A stretch of DNA of 64,000 nt from positions 608,001-672,000 of the forward strand of contig OZ245046.1 of assembly GCA_965224245.1 (NCBI GenBank), given 5' to 3'. Below, in pieces: positions 8,974 to 17,998 of this stretch. The position numbers and the translations under genes were made by a program. This DNA is from Candidatus Eiseniibacteriota bacterium. Lineage in GTDB: Bacteria > Eisenbacteria > RBG-16-71-46 > CAZAMP01. The notes below the pieces were generated by a model, which saw only the letters and a list, made by a program, of their open reading frames with translations, did no database searches and had not been told where the DNA came from. The first letter of the stretch is position 1. Each line of letters begins with the position of its first letter.

Positions 8974-9507
8974 ATGGGGAATCAGCTGCGGGCGGTTCTG
9001 ACGTTCATCGTCCTGCTCTGGGTGATCGAGATCGTCGACCAGCTCACGGGCCGGTCGCTCGACGCGTGGGGGATCCGGCCTCGCACGCTCGAGGGTCTCC
9101 GGGGCATTCCGCTCGCTCCGTTCTTGCACGGCGGGTTCGGGCACCTCGTGGCGAACACGGGTCCGCTTCTCGTGCTCGGGCTCTTCGTCATCATGGCGGG
9201 CGTCGGCGAGTTCGTAGAGGCGACGGTGCTGATCGTGCTCCTGGGTGGGCTCGGCACGTGGCTCATCGGGCGCGGCGACGCCGTGCACATCGGGGCCAGC
9301 GGAGTCGTGTTCGGGTACGTCAGCTACCTCATCGTGCGGGGTATCCTCGTGCGGAGCTTCGCCGGCTTCACCATCGCGGTGATCGTGGCGGTGGTGTACG
9401 GCGGCCTCCTGTGGGGCGTTCTGCCCAGCCACCGCGGCGTCTCGTGGGAGGCGCACCTGTCCGGGCTCGTTGCCGGCGTGCTGGTCGCGTGGTTGAGACT
9501 GCGCTGA
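8974..9507 (+). CDS. Rhomboid family intramembrane serine protease
   Basis: Hydrophobic 177 aa; FLHGGFGHLVAN, HIGASG (Ser), SWEAHLSG (His). Confidence 0.92.
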   Translation: MGNQLRAVLTFIVLLWVIEIVDQLTGRSLDAWGIRPRTLEGLRGIPLAPFLHGGFGHLVANTGPLLVLGLFVIMAGVGEFVEATVLIVLLGGLGTWLIGRGDAVHIGASGVVFGYVSYLIVRGILVRSFAGFTIAVIVAVVYGGLLWGVLPSHRGVSWEAHLSGLVAGVLVAWLRLR

Positions 9508-9539
9508 GCGAACACCGAGACCGAGAAGGGGGAATCGAG

Positions 9540-10172
9540 ATGCGTGCTTGGACTCTCGCCTTTGGCCTGGTCGTCCCCGTGGCCGCAACGGCACAGCTCT
9601 ACGACGGCGACGCGAATCTCAACGTCTTCCTGACCGTGCCGAGCTACGCCGGCTGCAGTGAGCCCGAGTTCGAGGCTATCGACGCCGGCTCGTGTGCCGA
9701 CCTCGTGAGCGAGCCGACCGGAGGCCCGGGCTTCCTGTGGTGCGTCGCCAGCCGTGAGGGTGGCTTTCCAGACGGCATCGGCGGCATCCAGTTCGGCGTC
9801 GAGCACGATCTCGGGGCCGGATTGCCGTGGTCGCTCTGCACCGGGGGCTCGGAGATTCCCGAGCCGGGCTGGCCGGATTCGGGCACGGGCAACGCGATCA
9901 CGTGGAGCGCGGGGTGCTATCACCCGATCGGATTCGCCGCACGCATCGGGTACCTGAGCCCCGAGCCGGACGACGTGGGCATCATCGAGCTGACTCCCGA
10001 TCCGCGCATCGCGCTCGCCGTCTATGCCGACTGCTCGGCCGTCCTCTACGAGATGTGCGAGGCGAACCTGGGCAGCGCGGAGCTCGCGGACGGCACGACG
10101 CCGGTGTGCGGGGAGAACTGCGAGATCCCGATCCGGGAGACGAGCTGGGGCGCGATCAAATCTCTCTTCTGA
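9540..10172 (+). CDS. Secreted Cys-rich hypothetical protein ending ETSWGAIKSLF; paralog of 39526..40170
   Basis: ATG 9540 after AAGGGGGA; signal peptide MRAWTLAFGLVVPVAATA; shares GGxQFG, WxLCTGGSxIP..GWP..G.GNA.TW..GC with the second copy. Confidence 0.8.
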   Translation: MRAWTLAFGLVVPVAATAQLYDGDANLNVFLTVPSYAGCSEPEFEAIDAGSCADLVSEPTGGPGFLWCVASREGGFPDGIGGIQFGVEHDLGAGLPWSLCTGGSEIPEPGWPDSGTGNAITWSAGCYHPIGFAARIGYLSPEPDDVGIIELTPDPRIALAVYADCSAVLYEMCEANLGSAELADGTTPVCGENCEIPIRETSWGAIKSLF

Positions 10173-10203
10173 CGTCCGGCGACCCATTTGGGGTTTCCGG
10201 GAC

Positions 10204-10232
10204 TTGACGCGCCGCCGGCGGCCGACTAGGTT
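10204..10232 (+). promoter_or_regulatory. Sigma70-type promoter for the micro-protein/lgt pair
   Basis: TTGACG-N17-TAGGTT. Confidence 0.6.
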
Positions 10233-10308
10233 CGCGAGCGTCCGAGCGAATTCGAACGGCAGTAGGCTCGTCCCGGCACGGACGCCGGGCCAGAACTCGG
10301 AGGCTTCG

Positions 10309-10560
10309 ATGCGACGTCGCATGGCGATCAGCTCGATGATTGGCGCGCTCATCGTGGGTATGGCCTCGATCGCGAGCGCGGACACGGCGCAGTCCTCGAG
10401 CTCGAGCTCGAGCAACAGCGCGGTGAAGAGTCAGGCGACCAGCCGGACCGCAGGAGAGTCCTGCTGCCGGACGTCGGGGTCGGACAAGCTCGCGGCGCTG
10501 AGCCTCCTGCCCATCGTCGTCGCCGGAGCCGCGCGCCGGCGGATGCGCGGCCGCGACTAG
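10309..10560 (+). CDS. 83-aa exported micro-protein: signal peptide, Ser-rich linker, Cys-Cys, hydrophobic helix, RRR tail (CTERM-like)
   Basis: GGAGG 5 nt before ATG 10309; MRRRMAISSMIGALIVGMASIASA-DTAQSSSSSSSNSAVKSQATSRTAGESCCRTSGSDKLAALSLLPIVVAGAARRRMRGRD. Confidence 0.75.
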   Translation: MRRRMAISSMIGALIVGMASIASADTAQSSSSSSSNSAVKSQATSRTAGESCCRTSGSDKLAALSLLPIVVAGAARRRMRGRD

Positions 10561-10569
10561 TCACCCACC

Positions 10570-11457
10570 GTGCGCCCCGCGCTCGTCGATGCACTGGCCG
10601 GGGCGCTCGGCACCGACGCCTTCGGGTGGCTGGTGCCCACCGCGTTCATCTTCTATCCGCTCGCGATGTGCGCCGTCGCGTTTCTCTTCGTGCGGCGCAC
10701 GCGCGTGTCGGGGCTGTTCCGCTATCACGCTCTCGGTGCCGTGGTCTGGACGGGGCTCGGCGGGCTTCTCGGGTCCCGCCTTCTCTATCTCCTCCTGCAC
10801 GTCGACCAGCTTCTCGCCGAGCCCCGGATCCTCCTCGACGTGGGAGGCGCCAGCATGTCGTTCGGCGCGTACCTGGGGAGCATCGCGGGGTTCGTCGGCT
10901 ACTTCGCGCGCGAGCGCATCCCGGTGTGGCCGTACGGAGACGTGATGGCGTCCGCCATCGGCATCGGTCCGGCGATCGGACGGCTCTCGTGCTTCATGGC
11001 CGGTGACGACTTCGGAACGATCACGACCGTGCCGTGGGCGGTGACCTATCCACCGGGCAGCGACGCGTTCCACAGTCACGTCGCCCGCGGACTCCTGGAT
11101 CCCTCGAGCACCGCGTCGCTGCCGGTGCATCCGGTGCAGCTCTACCTGGCCGCGAACGGGCTCGTGCTGCTCGCCGTGTTCACGTGGCTCTGGCGGCGAG
11201 GGCGCTACCGGCCCGGCGAGCTGCTGATCGGGTACTGGGCCGCCTACGGGGCCACGCGCTTCTGCTGGGAGTTCTTCCGCGGCGATCAGGCCCGGCGTTT
11301 CGTGATGGGGCTTCCGGACGCGCAGATCATCGCGGCGGCGATCTGCCTCGCGTCGGTCGCGATCCTGATCGTGAGGCGTCGCCGCGCCGGCGGTCAGTCG
11401 CCTCCCGTCTCCGAATCGCCGTCCGCGGCCGCACCCGGCTCGGCCATCCGAACGTAG
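10570..11457 (+). CDS. Prolipoprotein diacylglyceryl transferase (Lgt) family protein, atypical paralog
   Basis: Multi-TM; GSRLLY, IGRLSCFMAGDDFG, VPWAV, VHPVQLY, YGATRFCWEFFRGD. Confidence 0.88.
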   Translation: MRPALVDALAGALGTDAFGWLVPTAFIFYPLAMCAVAFLFVRRTRVSGLFRYHALGAVVWTGLGGLLGSRLLYLLLHVDQLLAEPRILLDVGGASMSFGAYLGSIAGFVGYFARERIPVWPYGDVMASAIGIGPAIGRLSCFMAGDDFGTITTVPWAVTYPPGSDAFHSHVARGLLDPSSTASLPVHPVQLYLAANGLVLLAVFTWLWRRGRYRPGELLIGYWAAYGATRFCWEFFRGDQARRFVMGLPDAQIIAAAICLASVAILIVRRRRAGGQSPPVSESPSAAAPGSAIRT

Positions 11458-12368
11458 GTGCCGTCGAACCACACGTACCAGGTGGCGCCATCGTCCCTGG
11501 ACTGCTCGATGAACTGGCGAACGCTTCCGTCGTCGTTCGGGGTGAACGTCATCCGGAAGCGTTCGCTGGAGCCGTCTCGGGCGACGTTGGCGCCCTCGAA
11601 GTGCATTGCCCCGTCCACCAGACCACCCTGGCAGCTGATGTTGCCTCCGGCCTGATCGGTCCAGATCTGGCGCCATCGGTCGATCGCCGGATCGAAGAAG
11701 TTGATCGACTTGCCGGCGCTGCCGCTGGCCGACGTCCAGCTCTCGGTGATCACGCAGTCGCGGAGGTCCTTTCGGATCTCGTTCGTGCCGACCAGCTGAC
11801 CCGACGGGTCGTAGACGTTCCAGCGTCCCACCCAGAAGTCGAACTCGCGATAGCGCTCGTCGTACGCGCACGGCTGTGCATTCATCCGCGCGGCGTCGAG
11901 GATCCCGGGAAAGCGCTCGTGGTCGCGGATCGTGACGAGGTCGGGATCGGTCTCCAGGCGCTCGGGGTCCTGATAGCCGGCATTCACGGCGTCGACGAGC
12001 CAGACGATCGCGAGCGAGCCCATGTCCTGACGCGCGAATGCACGCGCCAGGTTGAAGCGCGTGAACGGGGGCGCGATTCCGAGCTCGTTGGCCTTCGCGA
12101 GTGCGGTGGCGGCCGACTCGTTCTCTCGGAGCTCGAGCCGCGACAGGCCGAGGCGGAGCCAGGCCAGCGCGTTCCCGGGATCCTCGTCGACGACGCGCTG
12201 GTAGGCCGCGGCGGCGTTTCGCCACTCGGCGGCCCTGAAGTGGGCGTGGGCGTCGTCGATGGGAGCCGCCTCGGGTGGGGCCGTCGTCGGTGCGAACGGA
12301 TCGACCACGGTGGCAGCGAGCGTGACGAGCAACGCCAGGAAGACGGTGCGGGCACGAAGACGGATCAC
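11394..12368 (-). CDS. Secreted TPR protein with C-terminal DUF1579-like beta-barrel domain
   Basis: Signal-like N-terminus, TPR helices, then EFDFWVGRWNV...GKSINFFDP...WRQIWTD...EQSRDDGATW. Confidence 0.75.
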   Translation of the reverse strand: MIRLRARTVFLALLVTLAATVVDPFAPTTAPPEAAPIDDAHAHFRAAEWRNAAAAYQRVVDEDPGNALAWLRLGLSRLELRENESAATALAKANELGIAPPFTRFNLARAFARQDMGSLAIVWLVDAVNAGYQDPERLETDPDLVTIRDHERFPGILDAARMNAQPCAYDERYREFDFWVGRWNVYDPSGQLVGTNEIRKDLRDCVITESWTSASGSAGKSINFFDPAIDRWRQIWTDQAGGNISCQGGLVDGAMHFEGANVARDGSSERFRMTFTPNDDGSVRQFIEQSRDDGATWYVWFDGTYVRMAEPGAAADGDSETGGD

Positions 12369-12587
12369 GGCGGCCTCTGGGCTCGGGGTGTTGGCGAGCG
12401 CATCGCTGGCTTCGGGTGCGCTGCCACTCGGAACACCACGGGAGTATCGCAGCCGATGGCGGAGGCGTCCAACGCGCGCGAACCGATTGATGCGGGTCTC
12501 GCGGAGGCTCTGTAGACTGTGTGCCGTACAGTCACGTGCCGGTCGTGAGCCCGGCGAACATCACGTGGGGACGGGAGAGCACCACGC

Positions 12588-13592
12588 ATGGCCATTCTGG
12601 TCACGAGACGGCTCCGGTTGCGACGTCTGACCCTCGATGACCTGGACGACCTCCACGCCGTACTCTCCGATCCGGTCGCCATGGCCCACTACCCGACGCC
12701 GTTCGGCCGGGACATGACGCGGGGCTGGATCGAGTGGAATCTCCGCAGCTACGCCGAGCACGGCTTCGGGCTGTGGGCCGTCGTACACGCGGCCGACGCG
12801 CGACTGATCGGGGACTGCGGGCTGACGATCCAGCAGGTGGACGGCGTGGCCGAGCTCGAGATCGGCTATCACGTTCTGCCCGCGTACTGGGGCCGGGGGC
12901 TGGCCACCGAGGCGGCGATCGCCTGCCGAGATCTCGCGTTCGATCGGCTCGGGCGCTCCCGGGTCATCTCGAAGATGCGCGAGGACAACGCCGCATCTCG
13001 ACGCGTGGCCGAGAAGGTCGGGATGCGACCCGAGAAGACGACGCAGGACGACGCAGGAACGACGTCGATCGTCTACGCGATGTCGCCAGCCGATCGGCGG
13101 GAGGACCGAGCGACCGAGCCGCCTCGAGGCGCGCTCGCGGTACGTCGCGTCGAGGACTTGCCCGGAGATCTCGAGAGGCTCGTGGACGCCGGTCTCGACG
13201 AGGGGTTCGGCTTCGTGGCACGCCTGCGAGACGACTGGCGAGCAGGCGGGAACCGGTTCGATGGGCCCGGCGAGGCGTTGTTCGAGGCCCGCATCGAGGA
13301 CGAGCTGGTGGGAGTGTGTGGCCTGAACCGCGATCCGTTCGCGACCGAGACCGGGGTGGGGCGTGTCCGCCGGCTGTACGTTCGACCGCAGTTTCGTCGT
13401 CTGGGCGTCGGCAGACGACTCGTGGAGTCGGTCTTGACGATCGCGACGGGTGAGTTCGAGAAGGTCCGACTCCGGACGGACTCCGAGTCGGCGAGCCGGT
13501 TCTACGGCTCGCTCGGCTTCACGCGCACGCACGGCGATCCGGATGCCACGCACGAGCGGATCCTGACCGGGCGCGTGCCGGAGTCCCGCTGA
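12588..13592 (+). CDS. Tandem GNAT N-acetyltransferase (RimJ/RimL-type fused to a second GNAT)
   Basis: Two acetyl-CoA motifs, YWGRGLATEAA...NAASRRVAEKVG and LYVRPQFRRLGVG...FYGSLGF. Confidence 0.88.
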   Translation: MAILVTRRLRLRRLTLDDLDDLHAVLSDPVAMAHYPTPFGRDMTRGWIEWNLRSYAEHGFGLWAVVHAADARLIGDCGLTIQQVDGVAELEIGYHVLPAYWGRGLATEAAIACRDLAFDRLGRSRVISKMREDNAASRRVAEKVGMRPEKTTQDDAGTTSIVYAMSPADRREDRATEPPRGALAVRRVEDLPGDLERLVDAGLDEGFGFVARLRDDWRAGGNRFDGPGEALFEARIEDELVGVCGLNRDPFATETGVGRVRRLYVRPQFRRLGVGRRLVESVLTIATGEFEKVRLRTDSESASRFYGSLGFTRTHGDPDATHERILTGRVPESR

Positions 13593-13746
13593 TCGGCAGG
13601 TACACTCGAAGGGCCAGCGCGCGCCCGTCGCACGGGACGCCAGCGGGTCGCCGTCGCGACACGGAGGGTCGAGAATGGCAGAAGGTGATCCTCTTCGGCC
13701 ACGCACGAGGCCTGACGTGTCGGCTGCCGGGCTCCGAGGTGCGCAC

Positions 13747-14610
13747 GTGACGCGGATCGAGGCACGCGGGACGACGTTCGAGACCCGGGAGAGTGGGGCG
13801 GGCGACCCGCTCGTGCTCGTGCACGGATCCGTCAGCGATCTCCGGACCTGGGAGCACCTGCGGCCGATCTTCGATGCGCACTTCCGGACGATCTCGTACA
13901 GCCGGCGCCACCACTGGCCCAACGCTCCGATTCCCGAGGGCCGGGACTACTCGATGGAGGAGCAGGCCGAGGATCTCAGGGCGGTCCTGGATGCCGCCGC
14001 CGGCGCGCCCGCCCACGTCGTGGGGCATTCATACGGCGCGTATCTGGCCCTTCTCGTGGCAATCCGGGCACCGGAGCTCGTCCGGAGCCTGGTCCTGGCC
14101 GAGCCTCCCGTGATCCGGCTCTTCGTCAGCGATCCTCCGACACCGGCCGAGCTCCTGCGAACGCTGGTTCGCCGCCCCCGGACCGCACTGGCGATCATGC
14201 GCTTCGGCGCGCTCGGCGTGGCCCCGGCCACGAAGGCACTCGAGCGGGGCGACCCCGAGGCCGCCCTCCGGGCCTTCGGTCCGGCGGTGCTGGGACGGGC
14301 CGCGTTCGAGGCGCTCTCGTCCGTGAGGCGGGAGCAGGTCCGGGCGAACCTGATCCCGGCCGAGTTCCTGGGCTCGGGCTTTGCGCCCCTGGACGAGACC
14401 GAGATCCGGCACGTCTCGGCGCCGACTCTTCTCGTGACGAGCCGGAGCAGCCCGTCACTCTTCGCATTGCTCGCCGACCGCCTCGAGGAGCTCCTGCCCC
14501 GAGTCGATCGTGTCGTGATCCCCGACGCGTCGCACATCATGCACGAGGACAATCCTGACGCGTACTCCTCGGCGGTCCTGCGATTTCTCCGGGGGCAGCC
14601 GGTGGGCTGA
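13747..14610 (+). CDS. Alpha/beta fold hydrolase
   Basis: LVLVHG, VVGHSYG nucleophile elbow, C-terminal SHIMHEDNP. GTG 13747 has GAGG upstream (alternative ATG 13675). Confidence 0.88.
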   Translation: MTRIEARGTTFETRESGAGDPLVLVHGSVSDLRTWEHLRPIFDAHFRTISYSRRHHWPNAPIPEGRDYSMEEQAEDLRAVLDAAAGAPAHVVGHSYGAYLALLVAIRAPELVRSLVLAEPPVIRLFVSDPPTPAELLRTLVRRPRTALAIMRFGALGVAPATKALERGDPEAALRAFGPAVLGRAAFEALSSVRREQVRANLIPAEFLGSGFAPLDETEIRHVSAPTLLVTSRSSPSLFALLADRLEELLPRVDRVVIPDASHIMHEDNPDAYSSAVLRFLRGQPVG

Positions 14611-14753
14611 AGCCGCCGCGATCGACCGCGTCCGAGGACGGTGCCCGGAGCGATTCGCTTGCCCCTCGTGCGCAGGAGACGCATGCTGTGGCCGGCCCCG
14701 ACCCCGGATGACGGTCGTTCGGTTCGGGCACCGGCCACCACCCGGAAGACGTC

Positions 14754-15272
14754 ATGGTAATTCTCGAAACCGACCGGCTGCTCCTGCGTCATCTGGAGCC
14801 GGCGGACCTCGAGCCGTTGTTCGTTCTCTATCGCGATCCCGAGATTCGACGGTACTTCCCCGATGGGACGCGCACGCGCGAGCAAACCCGGGAAGAGCTC
14901 GAGTGGTTCAGAAACGGGCATCCACGACATCCTCGTCTCGGGCTCTGGGCGACGATCGAGCGGGAGACCGGTGCGTTCGTCGGAAGGTGCGGGCTTCTGC
15001 CGTGGACGATCGACGGGCGCGACGAGGTGGAGCTGGCCTTTCTCATCGACAAGACGAGATGGGGCCGGGGATACGCGACCGAAGCCGCGCTCGGGATCCT
15101 CGATCACGCACGGCTCCGGCTCGGTCTGTCGCGTGTGATTTGCCTCATCACACCGGGAAACGAGGCGTCGGTCCGGGTCGCGACGAAGGTGGGAATGACG
15201 CTCGAGCGCGAATACGAGGACGAGCTCGGGCCGTGTCACATCTACGGGCGGTCGTTGAATCGAGCCGGGTGA
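14754..15272 (+). CDS. GNAT N-acetyltransferase, RimJ/RimL family
   Basis: LETDRLLLR, WGRGYATEAA, NEASVRVATKVGM. Confidence 0.9.
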   Translation: MVILETDRLLLRHLEPADLEPLFVLYRDPEIRRYFPDGTRTREQTREELEWFRNGHPRHPRLGLWATIERETGAFVGRCGLLPWTIDGRDEVELAFLIDKTRWGRGYATEAALGILDHARLRLGLSRVICLITPGNEASVRVATKVGMTLEREYEDELGPCHIYGRSLNRAG

Positions 15273-15376
15273 GCTCGGCACCGATCCGGGTCGGGTACAC
15301 TCTCGCGACGCGAGGGGGTGGCGACGCCGACACACGCCGCCGGCCCCGGGCGCGGACGACATCGATCAGGGGTGAG

Positions 15377-15688
15377 ATGGAGTATCTGTACACGCTGAAG
15401 CCGACCCGTCTGGCGATGCTGACCGACGGGCCGACGTCCGACGAGTCCGAGGTGCTCTCCCGGCACGCCGCCTACCTGGAGCGCCTGGCCGCTCGAGGCG
15501 TCGTCGAGCTGGCGGGACGCACGCAGACCGCGGACGAGTACACGTTCGGCATCGTCGTGTTTCGGGCCGATGGTGACGACGCCGCGCGCCGCATCATGCA
15601 GGAGGATCCCGCCGTGCGCCACGGCGTGATGGCGGCCGCGCTGTTTCCCTATCACATCGCGTTTCGCGCCTCGGGACGCGACGGGTGA
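15377..15688 (+). CDS. YciI family protein
   Basis: MEYLYTLKP...HAAYLERL...LAGRT...FGIVVF...IMQEDPAV; purine-rich RBS. Confidence 0.8.
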   Translation: MEYLYTLKPTRLAMLTDGPTSDESEVLSRHAAYLERLAARGVVELAGRTQTADEYTFGIVVFRADGDDAARRIMQEDPAVRHGVMAAALFPYHIAFRASGRDG

Positions 15689-16434
15689 CGGCATGGGCCC
15701 GGAAGAGAGATCGCGTGACGATCCAGTCCACCGACGTCGAGCGCGTCTCCTGTGCACGGCTGACCGGCGTTCTCTATCTGATCATCATCGTGTGCGCGCT
15801 GTTCGGAGAGGCGTACGCCCGGTCCTCGATCATCGAGCACGGGGATGCGGCCGCGACGGCACGGAACCTCGTGACGTCCGACGGGCTCTTTCGCGCCGGC
15901 ATCATCAGCGACATCGTGGCGTTCTCGAGCGACGTCGTGGTGGCCGTGCTGCTGTACGTTCTCCTGCGGCCGGTAAGCCGCACGGTGGCCCTGATCACGG
16001 CGGCGTTCCGCCTGACCGGAACCGCGATCTACGGCGTCAACCTGCTGAACGGCGTCGCCGCCCTCCTCGCATCGGGCGGCGCCGGGTACCTGGCCGTATT
16101 CGAGCCGGCGCAGCTCGAGGCCCTGGCGCTGCTCTTCCTGAACCTCCACGGCTACGGATATGACCTGGGGCTCGTGTTCTTCGGCCTGCACTGCTTCGGA
16201 CTCGGCGTGCTCCTCATCCGGTCGGAGGAGTTCCCGGGGATCCTCGGTGTTCTGATGGCGCTGGCGGCGCTCGTCTACCTGGTCGGTAGCGTCACCCGCT
16301 TCCTCTCGCCCGGGCACGCGAACACCCTCGTGCCGCTGTACGGCGTTCCGCTGATCGCGGAGCTGTCCCTGTCCCTGTGGCTCATGATCAAGGGTGTCAG
16401 GACTCCAGTACCCGATCGCATCGCCGGCGGGTGA
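15685..16434 (+). CDS. DUF4386 family membrane protein
   Basis: ARLTGVLYL, TARNL, FRAGI..D, VLLY.LLRPV, FFGLHC, AELSLSLWLMIKGV; alternative GTG 15715. Confidence 0.8.
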   Translation: MTAWARKRDRVTIQSTDVERVSCARLTGVLYLIIIVCALFGEAYARSSIIEHGDAAATARNLVTSDGLFRAGIISDIVAFSSDVVVAVLLYVLLRPVSRTVALITAAFRLTGTAIYGVNLLNGVAALLASGGAGYLAVFEPAQLEALALLFLNLHGYGYDLGLVFFGLHCFGLGVLLIRSEEFPGILGVLMALAALVYLVGSVTRFLSPGHANTLVPLYGVPLIAELSLSLWLMIKGVRTPVPDRIAGG

Positions 16435-16582
16435 GACCACCCGCTGGACGTCGTACACTGTCCGGGTCGTGGCCGGCCGACCACGACGGGCGCGTCCGTA
16501 TTGAGCGGGAGGTATGCCATGTTCCGGCGATCTCGTCCTGACCGTCGCGGCGGGCGTAGGATTCGCGACGGAGCGGCGGCGA

Positions 16583-17083
16583 ATGGCTGACTACGTCAGA
16601 GACCTCCGCGCGAAGGTGGGGGGCCAGGATCTGCTTCAGGTGCCATCGGTGTCGGTCGCGCTTCGTGACAGCGACGGTCGCGTGCTCCTGGGACGACACG
16701 CCGAGCACGGGAAGTGGCTTCTGCCCGGCGGCGCCGTCGAGCCCGGCGAGACCCCGGCCGATGCCGCCGTCCGCGAGATGCGGGAGGAGACGGGGCTGAT
16801 CGTACGACTGACGCGTCTCGTGGGCGTGTTCGGGGGTCCAGATTACGTCGTCCAGTACCGGAACGGCGATCGTACCTCCTACGTCATGACGGTCTTCGAG
16901 GCCGTCCCGGAGTCCGACGAGCGGAGCCGGGTCGACGACGAGATCCTCGAGATCAGGTGGGTCGCGAGCGGCGAAGCCGGGGAGCTGCCTCTGGCGCCGT
17001 GGGTGCCGGAGGTCCTGGAGGCGGTGTTCGGCGGGTCGGCGGCTCCCGCCTTTCGCCGTCCGTCGTGGCGGCCTCGCGCCTGA
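16583..17083 (+). CDS. NUDIX hydrolase
   Basis: MADYVRDLRAKVG; Nudix box GGAVEPGETPADAAVREMREETG; YRNGD. Confidence 0.9.
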   Translation: MADYVRDLRAKVGGQDLLQVPSVSVALRDSDGRVLLGRHAEHGKWLLPGGAVEPGETPADAAVREMREETGLIVRLTRLVGVFGGPDYVVQYRNGDRTSYVMTVFEAVPESDERSRVDDEILEIRWVASGEAGELPLAPWVPEVLEAVFGGSAAPAFRRPSWRPRA

Positions 17084-17279
17084 GGTCGAAGGCAGCTGCG
17101 CGCTCGCCTCTCGACGATCGTCGCGCTCGCGTTCCGGGCTCACCCGCTCGCGGTATGGACGTTCCGATCGCGCGCTCGGGTTCCGAGGGGGGCGAGACGT
17201 GCACGTGCGTTTCGTTTCCCCGGGAGGGCGCGAGGTAGGATGCCGAGTCGCCCGACGCCACCCGCGCTTCGGAGGTGCC

Positions 17280-17708
17280 ATGGAGCCGATCGTCGACCAC
17301 ATCCAGATCACCGTGAAGGACATGAACATCGCCGTGCCGTTCTACGATCGGCTCATGCCCCTCCTGGGGTTCGATCCTCAGCGCAAGGGCGAAGCCGTCA
17401 TCGACGAGCACGAGTTTCACGTCGTGGAGTACACCCACCCGCGGCTCGCGTTCGCGATCACGTCGCCGAGGTCGGTGTTCGCGGCGGACACGATCAACCG
17501 GCGAAAGCCCGGCGCGCTCCACCACCTCGCGTTCAAGGCCGAGTCCCGCGCCGAGGTCGATCGGCTGCACGTCGCGCTGGAGAGGATCGGGGCCACGATC
17601 GTGAGCCCGCCGCGCGAGTACCCCGAGTACGTGCCGCCGGGGTACTACGCCGTGTTCTTCAAGGACCTCGAGGGCATCAAGTACGAGATCGTGTGCACGA
17701 AGACGTGA
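17280..17708 (+). CDS. VOC (glyoxalase/bleomycin resistance) family protein
   Basis: GGAGG RBS; VDHIQITV, GALHHLAF, GYYAVFFKDLEGIKYE. Confidence 0.9.
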   Translation: MEPIVDHIQITVKDMNIAVPFYDRLMPLLGFDPQRKGEAVIDEHEFHVVEYTHPRLAFAITSPRSVFAADTINRRKPGALHHLAFKAESRAEVDRLHVALERIGATIVSPPREYPEYVPPGYYAVFFKDLEGIKYEIVCTKT

Positions 17709-17720
17709 GGGGAGACACCG

Positions 17721-17998
17721 ATGCGAGTCGCGGTGATTGCCGGCGGGTGTTCGCCAGCAACGCCTGCTGGACCGTCGTCCGAGGAAGCGATCTGGAGGAG
17801 GGCGAGATCCAGGGGCTTCCGGTGTGGAGTCGTCACGTCGGGGATCCCATCGTGAAGAGCAACAAGACCCGACGCGTCGACTTCGCGCTCTTCATGGTCG
17901 AGGCGCTCGTGAACGACGCGCTCGTACACGAGGCGCCGGCCATCGTCGGATGCCGCACACCGTCGGCGCTCGGCCACGCCGCGCGAACGGGTGTGTGA
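17721..17998 (+). pseudogene. Internally deleted NAD(P)H-binding (flavin/biliverdin reductase-like SDR) gene
   Basis: GGGGAG RBS plus ATG 17721 give MRVAVI (Rossmann beta1), joined out of frame to a C-terminal part CRRVFASNACWTVVRGSDLEEG...TRRVDFALFMVEAL. Confidence 0.7.
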
